64,000 nucleotides of DNA from Marsupella aquatica (Eukaryota > Plantae > Marchantiophyta): assembly GCA_973895155.1 (NCBI GenBank), contig OZ316897.1, forward strand, positions 19,657,224-19,721,223, read 5' to 3'. The notes beneath the pieces are model-generated. The model saw only the letters and a program-made list of their open reading frames with translations. It was not told the origin of the DNA and did no database searches. Of this stretch, positions 49,168 to 61,556 are shown one piece after another. Every line of letters begins with the position of its first letter. The stretch's first letter is position 1. Both the position numbers and the translations under genes were made by a program.

Positions 49168-52015
49168 CTAAGTCAACTCTCCATCGGCCTGACTGGGTCC
49201 ACCATCGGCGTCGGCATCGGCTCGGGAACCGGTTACGGCCTCAGCCACGGCTTGGGTCTCCCCGGCCTGCTCAAGAGGCGGATCTGGAATACCGGCCTCA
49301 TTACTGAGTAGTTCGGCTTGGGCCGCACCACCCCCATCTGTGATGATAGCGGGATATATTGCTGTATCCATGCCGGAGGATGGTGCTGGTTCTACCTCTT
49401 TGGTCACCACGGCTTGTGGAGTCGGATTACTCCTTGACCCTAAAGGTTTCCGCTTCTTCTTCTTTTCTGGTTCGGCAGTTGGTCCCTTCCCCTTCCCACT
49501 TACTTCCGGCACTGGTGCAGGTGGCGCGGCTTTTTCTTCGGCCAGTACCACTCCTGGTAACTTGGTTGCCCCAATTGGAGTTGGGCCTGATGAAGACAAG
49601 CACTTAAATACTGCGGCTTGTTTCTTCAGCCGCTCCGTTTGGTTGTCGGCCCGCCGCTGGAGGTTCTCCATCTTCCTCGTGATTTCCTCCAACTCCTCCT
49701 GGGTCTCATCCAGGTCCTTGCGTGCCTCCTCTAGTTCCTTCTGGGCTTCCTCTCGTTCTTGTTTCAAGGTAGTCCTCTCCTCCTGGGTTGCTCTTAGCTC
49801 CTTGTCGAGCTCTGCAATGATGACAGACTCCATCTGGTTCATCTTGGCGTAAGTCTGTTCGAGCATCTCGTCCTTCTCCCTTAGGTCGGCCTTGAAGCTG
49901 GCCGTCAGGGACGCAAGCTCCTGCTGCAGCGCCATAATCCCTTGATAGGATTTCCCTAACTCGGCCTCCTTCTGCTCAAGGGCTCCGCGGATTTTCTCGA
50001 GCTCCCCTTTCAACGCCCATTCCTTTCTTTGGGTCTCCGCCATGGCCCGGCTGTTGGCTGTTATATGGGCCTCCTCTATATTCTTCAGCTCTTGCTTCCA
50101 CTTCTCCCTCTCTTTGATCGTGTCGGCCAACTCTCCCTGCGTCTGAGTCAGTTTATCCTTGATATTCTGATTATCAGCCTGCGCGGTGTCCAACTGCCCC
50201 TGCATGATGTTCAGCTCATGTCGTTTAATCCGCAGTTCATCTTGGGCTTTCTTGGCCGCCCTTAGATCTTCAATCTCGGCTTCCATCCTCCTAAGCCGCC
50301 GAATGACCTCGTCCTTCTTGCTTCTCTCTAAAGCCACCGCTTCTTCTAATTGGTGCTTCTCCAACTGCTCCCTATGGAAAAAGGGTCCTACCTCCAACTC
50401 CTCTCCAAAGATGCCGAGCGCAAGTTCCCCACACATCTCACCATACTCCATGGCTCTATTCTTAGCGTAGGTGGAGTAAGTAGAAGTAATCGGCATCGCC
50501 CATCGCGGCCTCTGCTCCCAAGCCGTCTTGCGGATCTCTTCAATCGTGGCTAGAGGTTTGCTTCCTTTTTTGGCTAGCCGCCTGATGTCCTCCGGCCAAT
50601 CTCCTCCTGGTAAATCCTTTTCCCTAGCCAGGGCTGCCTCCTCTTCCTGCTTGATTCGCTCCTGAAATTCCTGCACCGTCTGTTTTATGCCGTCGAAGCT
50701 CGGGGGAGCAACATCTGGTGGGGGAGACTCAGGGCTACTCTGCTGGTTGGGGTCCCCTCGCACTACCCTTGGAAGTGTGGGGACAAACCGGCCACAGGTC
50801 CTTACTCCTGGGACGTGATGGTCCGACCCATAGCCGGAATTATCATGGCTGCAGTCCTCCACTGCCTCCTCTACTTCTTGGCCGTCCGGCTTCTCCCTCT
50901 CCTCTTCGTCGGTAGGAGCTTCAGGCAATTCTGCCTCAGATTCGGAGCTTGAGATTCCCACATACATTTGAACACCGGGCTTGGATTCCGGCCTGATTCT
51001 CTCCTTGTCTCTAGCAAAGGGGTTTTCTCTTGTGAGCCGGTGTAGGCCTACCTCTGTAGTAGTGTCCTGCATTGTTGCCGTTGCCGTTGTTGTTGCCGAT
51101 GCCGATTTCTTTTCGTTCTCCAGTAGTTTCAGCAGACTCTGCATGCCTGGTTGTTGCATCGGCAAGTCCTCCTTCTTGGGCCTAAACACCTGCTCGATCG
51201 TAGGGCTAACAGGTGGTTGAGGCTTCTCAGCCAACGGCCTCGGCGTTGGAGCTTCCTCGGGTGCCCTTACCTGCAGGGGAAGTACTGGGGCAAAAGTCTG
51301 ACCTCTGGCATACTGGCACAACAGCGGCATGTGATAGCCAAGCCGCGACATGCTCCCCATGCCGATTACCTGCTGCTCCTCCTTTAAGATCTTCTTCAAT
51401 TGGTTGAGGAGGTACCCGTTGTAGTCCCGGCTTGGGTCTGGCCTTTCTGCCAGATAGACCTGTGCCTTGCCGATCTCTGCCCTTGGCAAGTTACAATGCA
51501 TGGTCACCCGCAAGAAGTCGATCATCTCTCCTATGTGCGGGTTGGTGCAGGTGTTCCGGAAGAAGCCATTCTTCGTTGATGGCCCGGGGAACGACCGGAA
51601 CTCCTTGTCAGGCAAGGTCTTCCTGGTATCAACTTTGGTCTTATTGCCTATCGGCAAGCCAAACACTTCGGCAATTACCTTGGGAGTAAGATAGAAATCC
51701 TTCCCATATATCCTCGTGCAATTGGTCTCGGGTTCCCATGACCCCACAAATTCTAATAGGTCTGACTCCGGTACCTCCGGCTTCAGCCATGGTAATCTTA
51801 CAAAGGCCTCTAAGCCGGATCCGGCCATGAAGCCTTGGTACTTCTTGGTCTGCATGGCCGTGAAGCATGCATCCTCCTCCCGTGCAAAATGTAGTTGCAC
51901 CTCCACCGGTAGGGTTGCCGCCCAGCCCTTCCAGGTGTCATCCCTGGTTGGAATGGCCTTGATGGGATCGACCTCCTCCTCTTCGGCTTCTCCCTGCCTC
52001 CTGCTCTGCTGCTCG
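49168..52015 (-). pseudogene. 5'-truncated accessory protein (mobile-domain-like + long coiled coil); reading frame otherwise open
   Basis: 912-aa open frame cut at the 52015/52016 junction. Confidence 0.75.
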
Positions 52016-52936
52016 TGTGGTGCGTCCCATGGCTCCCTAAACCCAAGAAACCCCCCAGCTCAAGCCGATTCCCGCAGGTTTCGTGCTTGGCGAGGCCGTT
52101 TCCGCGGCTTAGCGGCATGGGACGCTGCTAACCTTCTACTACTACTATTAACATTTTACACACATATACTGGACAGATCCTTCATCGGGTCATGAGATAC
52201 GTAGCCGGCCTAATATAGGCCTTCCCTTGTCTTCCCCTGTCTTCCCCTCCGTCTTGTTAGGTATGTTTGGATTCCGCCGCCGGAATGATCCCCAATAGGC
52301 TTGGTTAAGCCGCTAAGACCTCTCTCAGCTCGACACATCCAACTATCACTCCCCTGCTTACTTTCCTTCCTTCTGTTGATGTGGGCACTCTTCACACAAG
52401 TTAATGCGACACACAAATAGCAAAATGACTCATTCTGACTGAGTCATACCATGCACTTGCCATACAAACAGTACATCTCATACACAAGTTCTGCGAACTA
52501 AGCCGTGAGGCCAACTCTATTCAACTCTTAGGCATGAGGAAACATGAATATACACAAGGGTCACTGTATGACTAACCGAGAGCTTCTCGTACTACTTGAT
52601 CCCAGCCCGGCTGGTGCAAACTAAAAACTTGCTAAAGAAGAGGCCCTGAGCTCCCCGCTGCCCAGGTACTTATCCTGGTAGTGGATCCGCCATTCTTTGC
52701 ATCGTAAGCCTAATCTACCTGACAGTAATCTACTTGCCCGAATCTACCTATGTACAGCAAGGCAGGAGCACAAGTGTTGCTCCTACCAGTGGAACCGCAA
52801 TCCCACTAAGCTAAGTGTCAGGGCCGCTCCTGGTTCTGATCCTAATCCTAAACGTGGAGATCCGCGCCCGGTCTGCCCACTCACGCCTCCTCCCTCCACG
52901 TCCGCCCTCCCTAAAAGGAACGGCGCCCTTGCACCG

Positions 52937-55900
52937 TCACGACACCGGTGGTGGATCCTCAATGGATGCCCCCAACACTTCCTCCTCAGCCACTGCCGTT
53001 GGCCCGCCTACTGACAGATTACCTGCCCTTGACCGAGTCAACTTTCCATCGGCCTGACTGGGTCCACCTTCGGCTTCAGCCTCGACACCGGCCTCGGCAA
53101 TACCCATGGCTTCGGCCTCAGCCACTCCCACGGCTTCGGCTTTAGCCACTCCCTCGGCTTCGGCCTCCCCTTCCCCTAGGGTAGTTGGATCCTTAGCCGT
53201 GACCCTGTCTGGGGTCGGTGTTGGGTCTACCTCCTTGATCACCACGGCCTGTGAAGTCGTATTACTCCTTGACCCTGGAGGTTTCCGCTTCTTCTTCGTT
53301 GGTGGCTCGGCAGCTGGTCCCTTCCCCTTCCCACTTATTTCCGGCACTGGTGCAGTTGACGCGGCTTGTCCTTCGGCAATTACCACCCCTGGTAACTGGT
53401 TTGTCCCAACGGGAGATGGACCTGCTGCAGCTAAGCATTTAAATACTGCGGCTTGTTTCTTCAGCCGCTCTGTTTGGTTGTCGGCCCGCCGCTGTAGGTT
53501 CTCCATCTTCCTCGTGATTTCCTCCAACTCCTCTTGGGTTTCATCCAGGTCCTTACGTGCCCCCTCCAGCTCGGTTTTGGCCTCCTCCTGCTCCCTGTGG
53601 GCTTCCTCCAATTCCTTCTTCAAGGTAGCCCTCTCCTCCTGGGTTGCTCTTAGCTCCTTGTCGAGCTCTGCAATGATGACAGACTCCATCTGGTTCATCT
53701 TGGCGTAAGTCTGTTCGAGCATCTCGTCCTTCTCCCTTAGGTCGGCCTTGAAGCTGGCCGTCAGGGACGCAAGCTCCTGCTGCAGCGCCATAATCCCTTG
53801 ATAGGATTTCCCTAACTCGACCTCCTTCTGCTCAAGGGCTCCGCGGATTTTCTCGAGCTCCCCTTTCAACGCCCATTCCTTTCTTTGGGTCTCCGCCATG
53901 GCCCGGCTGTTGGCTGTTATGTGGGCCTCCTCTGTATTCTTCAGCTCTTGCTTCCACTTCTCCCTCTCTTTGATCGTGTCGGCCAACTCTTCCTGCGTCT
54001 GAGTCAGTTTATCCTTGATATTCTGATTATCAGCCTGCGCGGCGTCCAACTACCCCTGCATGATGTTCAGCTCATGTCGTTTAATCTGCAGTTCATCTTG
54101 GGCTCTCTTGGCCGCCCTTAGATCTTCAATCTCGGCTTCCATCCTCCTAAGCCGCCGAATGACCTCGTCCTTCTTGCTTCTCTCTAAAGCCACCGCTTCT
54201 TCTAATTGGTGCTTCTCCAACTGCTCCCTATGAAAAAAGGGTCCTACCTCCAACTCCTCTCCAAAGATGCCGAGCGCAAGTTCCCCACACATCTCACCAT
54301 ACTCCATGGCTCTATTCTTAGCGTAGGTGGAGTAAGTAGAAGTGATCGGCATCGCCCATCGTGGCCTCTGCTCCCACGCCGTCCTGCGGATCTCTTCAAT
54401 CGTGGCTAGAGGTTTGCTTCCTTTTTCGGCTAGCCGCCTGATGTCCTCCGGCCAATCTCCTCCTGGTAAATCCTTTTCCTTAGCCAGGGCGGCCTCCTCC
54501 TCCTGCTTGATTCGCTCCTGAAATTCCTGCACCGTCTGTTTTATGCCGTCGAAGCTCGGGGGAGCAACATCTGGTGGGGGAGACTCAGGGCTACTCTGCT
54601 GGTTGGGGTCCCCTCGCACTACCCTTGGAAGTGTGGGGACAAACCGGCCACAGGTCCTTACTCCTGGAACGTGATGGTCCGACCCATAGCCGGAATTATC
54701 ATGGCTGCAGTCCTCCACTGCCTCCTCTACCTCTTGGACGTCCGGCTTCTCCCTCTCCTCTTCCTCGGTAGGAGCTTCAGGCAATTCTGCCTCAGATTCG
54801 GAGCTTGAGGTTCCCACGTACATTCGAACACCTGGCTTGGATTCCGGCCTGATTCTCTTCTTGTCTCCAGCAAAGGGGTTTTCTCTTGTGAGCCGGTGTA
54901 GGCCTACCTCTGTAGTAGTGTCCTGCATTGTTGCCATTGCCGTTGTTGTTGCCGATGCCGATTTCTTTTCTTTCTCCAGTAGTTTCAGCAGACTCTGCAT
55001 GCCTGGTTGCTGCATCGGCAAGTCTTCCTTCCTGGGCCTAAACACCTGCTTGATCGTAGGACTAACAGGTGGTTGAGGCTTCTCAGCCAACGGCCTCGGC
55101 GTTGGAGCTTCCTCGGGTGCCCTTACCTGCAAGGGAAGTACCGGGGCAAAAGTCTGACCTCTGGCATACCGGCACAACAGCGGCATGTGATAGCCAAGCC
55201 GCGACACGTTTCCCATGCCGATTACCTGCTGCTCCTCCTTTAAGATCTTCTTCAATTGGTTGAGGAGGTACCCGTTGTAGTCCCGGCTTGGGTCTGGCCT
55301 TTCTGCCAGATAGACCTGTGCTTTGCCGATCTCTGCCCTCGGCAAGTTACAATGCATGGTCACCCGCAAGAAGTCGATCATCTCTCCTATGTGCGGGTTG
55401 GTGCAGGTGTTCCGGAAGAAGCCATTCTTCGTTGATGGCCCGGGGAACGACCGGAACTCCTTGTCAAGCAAGGTCTTCCTGGTATCAACTTTGGTCTTAT
55501 TGCCTATCGGCAAGCCAAACACTTCGGCAATTACCTTGGGAGTAAGATAGAAATCCTTCCCATATATCCTCGTGCAATTGGTCTCGGGTTCCCATGACCC
55601 CACAAATTCTAATAGGTCTGACTCCGGTACCTCCGGCTTCAGCCATGGTAATCTTACAAAGGCCTCCAAGCCGGATCCGGCCATGAAGCCTTGGTACTTC
55701 TTGGTCTGCATGGCCGTAAAGCATGCATCCTCCTCCCGTGCAAAATGTAGTTGCACCTCCACCGGTAGGGTTGCCGCCCAGCCCTTCCAGGTGTCATCCC
55801 TGGTTGGAATGGCCTTGATGGGATCGACCTCCTCCTCTTCGGCTTCTCCCTGCCCCTTGCTCTGCTGCTCGGCTGGCTTCTTTGGTGCCGCCGACCTCGT

Positions 55901-56563
55901 TCTTTTTGCCGGGGTGGCTTCATCGTTGACGGCCCCCTTCCTCTTCATCTCTGCTGCCGTGGAGGTTTCTCCTAGCACCGTTGCCTGGGTCCACCTTTCC
56001 GTGCTACCCTTTAATTCCCAGTGTATGTCGTTGCAGTTCTTGATGGCCTCTCGGATGCCGACGACGCTGTCTTTGCAAAACAGAAGATCGTCGAGTTGAT
56101 TGGAAGTAGGCGTCCACAGGAACTCGTCCTTGATGAGTTCGCCTCCTAAGAAAGCCGTCTTGTGCAACTCCCACAATCGAGCGAGCTCCTGCCGTTCTCG
56201 AGCTGCCCTTTCTGACTCCTCGTCCTCGTAAGTCTTGATGTACTCAGTTGCCCGTTCGAACAGGCATCCCCAGAAATGTGCCGCTTGATTGACGTTGCTC
56301 ATACCCTCCTTAGGTCGATCGTCGGTATCTACTCTCTCCCCGAGTGCTTGCCTAAGCAGCTGACAGTAGTTGGCCTCCCGTAGTCGTCTGCCTAGTTCGT
56401 GCTCGCAAATGAGCCACCATCTCCTGCAAGCGCTCCTTACCCCTCTCCTCTGCCGGTCCTTCTTCCCGTTGATCCTTCCTAGCCGCCGACGCTTAACGCG
56501 CCCTAACCCTAATCGAGTTTTCACCCTCAGTGTCCTTACCTCCGGCCTCGGCCCGGGTTCCAT
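52937..56563 (-). pseudogene. ~1200-aa accessory protein (mobile-domain-like + coiled coil) with a single CAG>TAG stop at 54050
   Basis: ORFs 54050-56563 and 52937-54049 abut in frame; the sister copy has CAG at the homologous codon. Confidence 0.8.
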
Positions 56564-56683
56564 GGTTGCCCCTAATGGTTTATATTTTCCTTGTTTTGTC
56601 CCTATACTAAGGTGTTCCTAGGGTGCCTTCCTGCTTTACCCACTTAACTGGCCAAGTGATTCCTGTCTAGGCATCACAGTAAA

Positions 56684-57630
56684 CCATTGATAAACTAGTC
56701 TTTAATAGTAGACTTCGAGGTTGTTGGGTTATATTGATCTACCAGATCCAATAATTTATCAGCGTATTTCCTCACAGACCCATGTTTCTTCATGTGGAGA
56801 TGCGAGATTTGAGCAAAGGCACGCGCAGCTGCCCCCTCTTCTTTGTATTTGGCTAAGAAGGCAGCCTTCAATTTTCCCCAATCCTGCTTGTCCGGGAAAT
56901 GGTCATACCATTATTGCGCTCCCTTCTTCATCAATCCACCGAACAGATTGGCCTTTTCAGCATCTTGGCTCTGTCCATTGGATGCTGCTGCAGCCTCAAA
57001 TTCTTTTAAATACACCTCTGCATCCTCTTTGGAGGTACCAAAGAACCGGTCATATCGCACATTATTGCGAGCCATCGTGGCTGGAGCTACAAGTAGAGTT
57101 GAGCGGGTAACAAAAGGTAAACTGAGCGGTGTAGCAAATGGGTTCGGGCTACCTAAGCCTGAATTGCTGCTGCTTGTCTCACTAGAGGACGAACTCCCAG
57201 TTTCACCCAGTGAGTCTGCATTATCCAACTACAGAAAGTTGTCAAGCTTCTCTTGGGAGAATGATTCTGCAATTGTGCTCTCAGAAATGTGAGAGGAAGG
57301 TTCTTCGGCTACACCCGCTTTTCCAGAGTTAATTTGGCTTGAAGAACGGCCAGTCTTTTGGTGGAGGTTGGTCTTTTGTGATCCGACCAATTTTGGGCCT
57401 AAACGAAGGTTTACAAATAGAGGTCGTGATGACGTAGGACTTCCCACCGAGCCACTTGGTATTGCCTCTTGAATAGATCTTACCTGCTTCCACACACTCC
57501 TAGGTGTAGGTGCTCCTGGTGATTGCAACTCGGGTATCAATGTTCGAGGAGTTGCTGCTGATTTTATGGCATCCAAATTGCTGGAGGCCCTGGTAAGTTT
57601 TTTCTTATTTGGTGGATCTCCTTCAGACAT
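56684..57630 (-). pseudogene. Gag N-terminus of the gypsy element
   Basis: YDRFFGTSKEDAEVYLKEFE..LFGGLMKKGAQ is gag-like; reading frame resumes at 48159 across the TSD. Confidence 0.75.
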
Positions 57631-58902
57631 ACCTCATCCTCCAAATAGGTGTGGTACTAAGAGCCAAGAAGCGTTCTCAGCGGACTTATTCGTGGTTGGC
57701 CCAGGTTAGGAATCGATGCTGTCTCTCTAGTTCGGGAGGTGCGTCCTGTTTCCATTCTCGAGGCGTCCCCCAACAGCTTTGTTCAACATCCCCTTCATGA
57801 TTCCTCGCCTTGCTATCTCACTCCCTCAGCTGGTACTTCCCTTAGTACTCAGCCGAGATCTTAAAACCGCGTTACGCCAGGCGTGTCCCCACAGTTGAGA
57901 CGCGGGGAGACACAATACAAGCGTCGTACCCCAAACTGGATGCTTTGAAGGCATCCCGACTTGCGCGTTGGTACATCTCAGATTCCACTGGATGCTTCTG
58001 ACAGCGCCCCTTGGAGAGTGGACGCTTCTTGCAGCGTCCCGTCTTAGGTGCGAACGCTTCTGAAAGCGTCCCGCCTTACGGAGTCTTCCGGGCCGGATCT
58101 AGCCGGATGCTTCTGATGGCGTCCCTTGTGAATGCCTCCTTCCGTCAGCTGTCCGCGAAAACAGGGCGTCCGCACAATCGGCCATTCCTATCTGCAGACA
58201 TCTCTTCTCTACGTGGCTCTCTAAGCCAGGACTTCAACTACTCACGCATCTATCTCCTTCTTAATCTTCTATGTAATTCACAGTGCATAATTCCTTCCGC
58301 TAACTCCCGGATGGAAATAACTAAATATCTCTTCTATGTAATCCTACCATTCAGCCTCAATGTTACTAAATGTAAATTTTCATCTTCCCACCAGGTAATA
58401 GATAACCAATGTACGCCATTTCTACCTCTCAAGCTCAAAACCCAAGAGTTAACATAATGATTCCTCAGATTCCTAATTCTTAATATTCCTAAGGATCGGA
58501 TAGGTGGCATCATCTACACGAACCTGGTAACTCAGCAATTTACACCCATACGTCACGCGCAATGTTATGGTAAATTCGCTTGCCACTTATGGTGCCTTTG
58601 TGACTTCAATTCCTGTTACTCCCTCCGAAGCAATCTGATGACCAACCTCTGCTCCACCTTGTGGCACCTTCTCTGTTGGGAGAAGAGTGTCTTCCGCTAA
58701 GTTTGGTCCAACAAATGCCTCCAGAGCTCTCAAGAGAGCTTCCGGGGCATTTTGGATAGAGTATGGTATCACCTCTAAGCGGAAGCTCTTCATCTTTTTA
58801 ACTTTGGTGATGACACCCTTCTACAATAGTAGAACGTGAATTTCCTTCACGTCTCAATCTCTCTGGCATTCACTGCCTTCGTCAATTCAATCTTCAATTC
58901 GT

Positions 58903-58920
58903 TCCCCGGCAGCGGCGCCA
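58903..58920 (-). other. Primer-binding site TGGCGCCGCTGCCGGGGA (tRNA-Asp type, as in Athila)
   Basis: 6 nt inside the 5' LTR boundary; one mismatch to the Athila-type PBS TGGCGCCGTTGCCGGGGA. Confidence 0.85.
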
Positions 58921-58926
58921 AAAAGA

Positions 58927-60148
58927 TGTCGTATAGCAATAAGTATCAAAAGTGTAATTTCTCACTTAAAACCGAGATTCTGATCCCTTAAAGAACGTAT
59001 TTTGGTATGAATTGACTAACTTTCATCATTTTGAGTGATATAGAACTCATAGCTCTACACTTTCTTTACTTCTCAACAAAATAAAGTAAACAAAACATAA
59101 AAGTAACTTAACTTCAGATTTACAAACTAGAAAGGAAATGATTCCAGTTTTGGAGACTCTAGTAAATTATTGCCACACCTTCAGAAAGGACTTGGTCTCA
59201 ATATAAGCACGCCTAAAATCTCTCAACTCATCAATCTTTCTACTGAAGATACAAAATTGAACAGAGATGAAATTCTGAATCTGATAAACAAAGCAGCTTT
59301 CTGGTTGCAAATGTAATGATATGCCTTAAAATGCCATCAACACGGTTTGACATCAGCGTCGCGCAATTCAGTCAAACACTAAGTCATATTCCGGAACAAA
59401 GCAACGGTACTGAAAGCTCTGAGAATCAAATTTATTTCTCATTCATCAACCACTACTCTTGAATTGGCTAGCAAATCTTGACTCTACAAGCAAGCCTAGC
59501 AGTGAATTCAATACGAGTCTCAGAAGTCTGTAACTGAATTCAATCACCACAGGAATTCCTGAATTTCAATCACAACTTCAAAAAAATGTTGCTTTACTTC
59601 CATACAACGCACTCTCAACATGCCTTGTTACAATGGAAGGAGGAGGGACTATTCAGAAGGTCCAATTTTGAATAGAGTGTTGTCTCTGACTCTCTCTCTC
59701 CCTCTCTCCTCAAATGAGCATCCTACTCTGTCTTATAAGTGCTAAGGTCCTAAAATGAAGGAAATATGAAAAGCTATACCTGTTGAACTTGAACTAAGTA
59801 TGAGGAAGTACAACATAAGTACTTAGAGATCGGAAAATACTACTATATTGGTAATCTATTTCGAAAGTTAAATCTAAGTATCGGAAAATGAGGGATGCTT
59901 CTAAAAGCGTCGGGTCAGAGTGGACGCTTCTGAAAGCATTGTGAGTTAAAGTACTCGGGAATAGTCAACGCTGTTGAAAGCGTCGGGAGTGAATCATTGG
60001 ATAAGAGCGGACGCTTCTAAAAGCATCGGTCGAAAAATGGTCGATGAGGGTAGACGTTTCTGTTTAGCGTCCAGAATAGAACAAATGCTTGAAAAATGTC
60101 GAAAATAAACTGTCTTCCAAGAGGAATGGTAGAGATCGTCATTCCACA
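58927..60148 (-). repeat. 5' LTR (1222 bp)
   Basis: TGT...ACA ends, followed by TSD CTGGC; roughly two dozen differences from the 3' LTR by eye. Confidence 0.95.
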
Positions 60149-61091
60149 CTGGCTGCTCAGATCAGTGGACGGTCAGATGCTGTTTATCTCAGCTTATGTG
60201 AACCTCTCAGTCTCATCCTGTCTGTCCCCATCTTGTGATGCTCATCATTGCATTTTCAGTAGTTATCTGATCAAAATCTCTCTTTCTGGAGCGTGAGCGA
60301 GGAAATGCGGTGGCAAGGAAAGGCGGTGGCGAGGAATAGGGACAGCAAAGGGGATCAAGGAGGTTGGAGCTGCCGAAGGCGATAAAGTAAGTTGGTCACC
60401 AAGATGGAGAAGGAAAAATAGACCGGAAACGACAAAGGGAGACGGAGGCCAGGCCAAGAGGAGGCAGTAAAGGATTTCCAATTCGAGACAACAACGATCA
60501 TGACAATCAAGAAGATAAGTATATGGGTTCAACAACTTAATCAGAATGAATAAGTCTCACTCCTAACTAACTTCAACTATCTATCTTCTACATCTTTTGA
60601 ATCAAGGATAAAACATTCAAGTACGCAGAAACAAAAGATAAGTTAATGCACGAAGGCAAAGAAAGTCACCACAACAGAACGTGTCCGATAAACTCCTATA
60701 GAAAACTGAAATAATGAGCCAAACATTAAGTGTTTAAACAACGAGGAAAGTGTATACACATGAACACAAAGATTGACGAAAATGCAGTGGGTAACGCAGA
60801 AAAGATACAGAGACCGACACAGGCGGAAGAAATACAACAAAACCTATTCGAGCAGCGTACAGGGCGACAGGACCGGAAGGATTCAAGAAATGGGTAGAAC
60901 GTACAACTAAAACAGTTTCCTGACATAGTAAGTGTAAGAGAAATGTTCCCTCAGAGCGTGAAGATCAATATGCTCACTCAGACCGTGGAGCTAGGCACAC
61001 TGACACACAAAAAAATCAGGGCAGTATGGCACAAAAGTGCGTTTAAATTCATGAATGGAGTGAGGTCAAGTGTGTGAGCAAAGGAAGACAA

Positions 61092-61271
61092 CAAGTAAAC
61101 TCTGATCCCGAATATTAAGTAGATGAGTCAGACTAAGTGGGCGTAGCCAGCCAGGACAGAAAGAGGATCAGAGTCAAATGGCAAGTAAACTCTGATCCCG
61201 AATATTAAGTAGTTGAGTCAGACTTAGTGGGCGCAGCCAGCCAGGACAAAAAGAGGATCAGAGTCAAATGG
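61092..61271. repeat. 90-bp tandem duplication, each unit bounded by an inverted CTCTGATCC...GGATCAGAG pair
   Basis: Units begin at 61092 and 61182. Confidence 0.85.
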
Positions 61272-61556
61272 AATCAACCAGACAGCCTACCGACCGGCAA
61301 CAAGCTCTAGGCAGTCAGTAAGATCCGCTGCAGCCTGTACAGTAACCTGTGCAGTACCCACTTCTGACAGCGAGGCAAGGGAGCAGGCAAAAGACAAGGA
61401 AACGTGAATTCCAAAAAAGGGTGAAAGGGGGACAAACACAAAGGCAAGCAAGATACATCGAAAAGATCCAAGAAACTCACACATCAGCGCACACAGTAGT
61501 TCGGCGTTAAGGAGCAAGGAAAATTCTCATCAAGGGGGGCACGTGGTTCAGAAACA

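Larger units (their letters stand above)
48160..56678. mobile_element. Nested insertion in gag: truncated (48160-52015) plus complete (52016-56678, 4663 bp) TG...CA units, solo-LTR-like, protein-coding
   Basis: Both units start TGTGGTGC; end GCATCACA; TSD GTAAA at 48155-48159 and 56679-56683; units nearly identical over ~3.8 kb. Confidence 0.9.
37061..60148 (-). mobile_element. Ty3/gypsy LTR retrotransposon (non-chromovirus, Athila/Tat-like), full length but decayed, with two nested insertions
   Basis: Paired LTRs TGTCG...TCCACA, TSD CTGGC at 37056-37060 and 60149-60153, PBS, PPT, gag-PR-RT-RH-INT order. Confidence 0.95.

Noticed and set aside
49340-56099. Many plus-strand ORFs within the TG...CA units
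   Set aside because: Antisense shadows of the long GC-rich minus-strand ORF.
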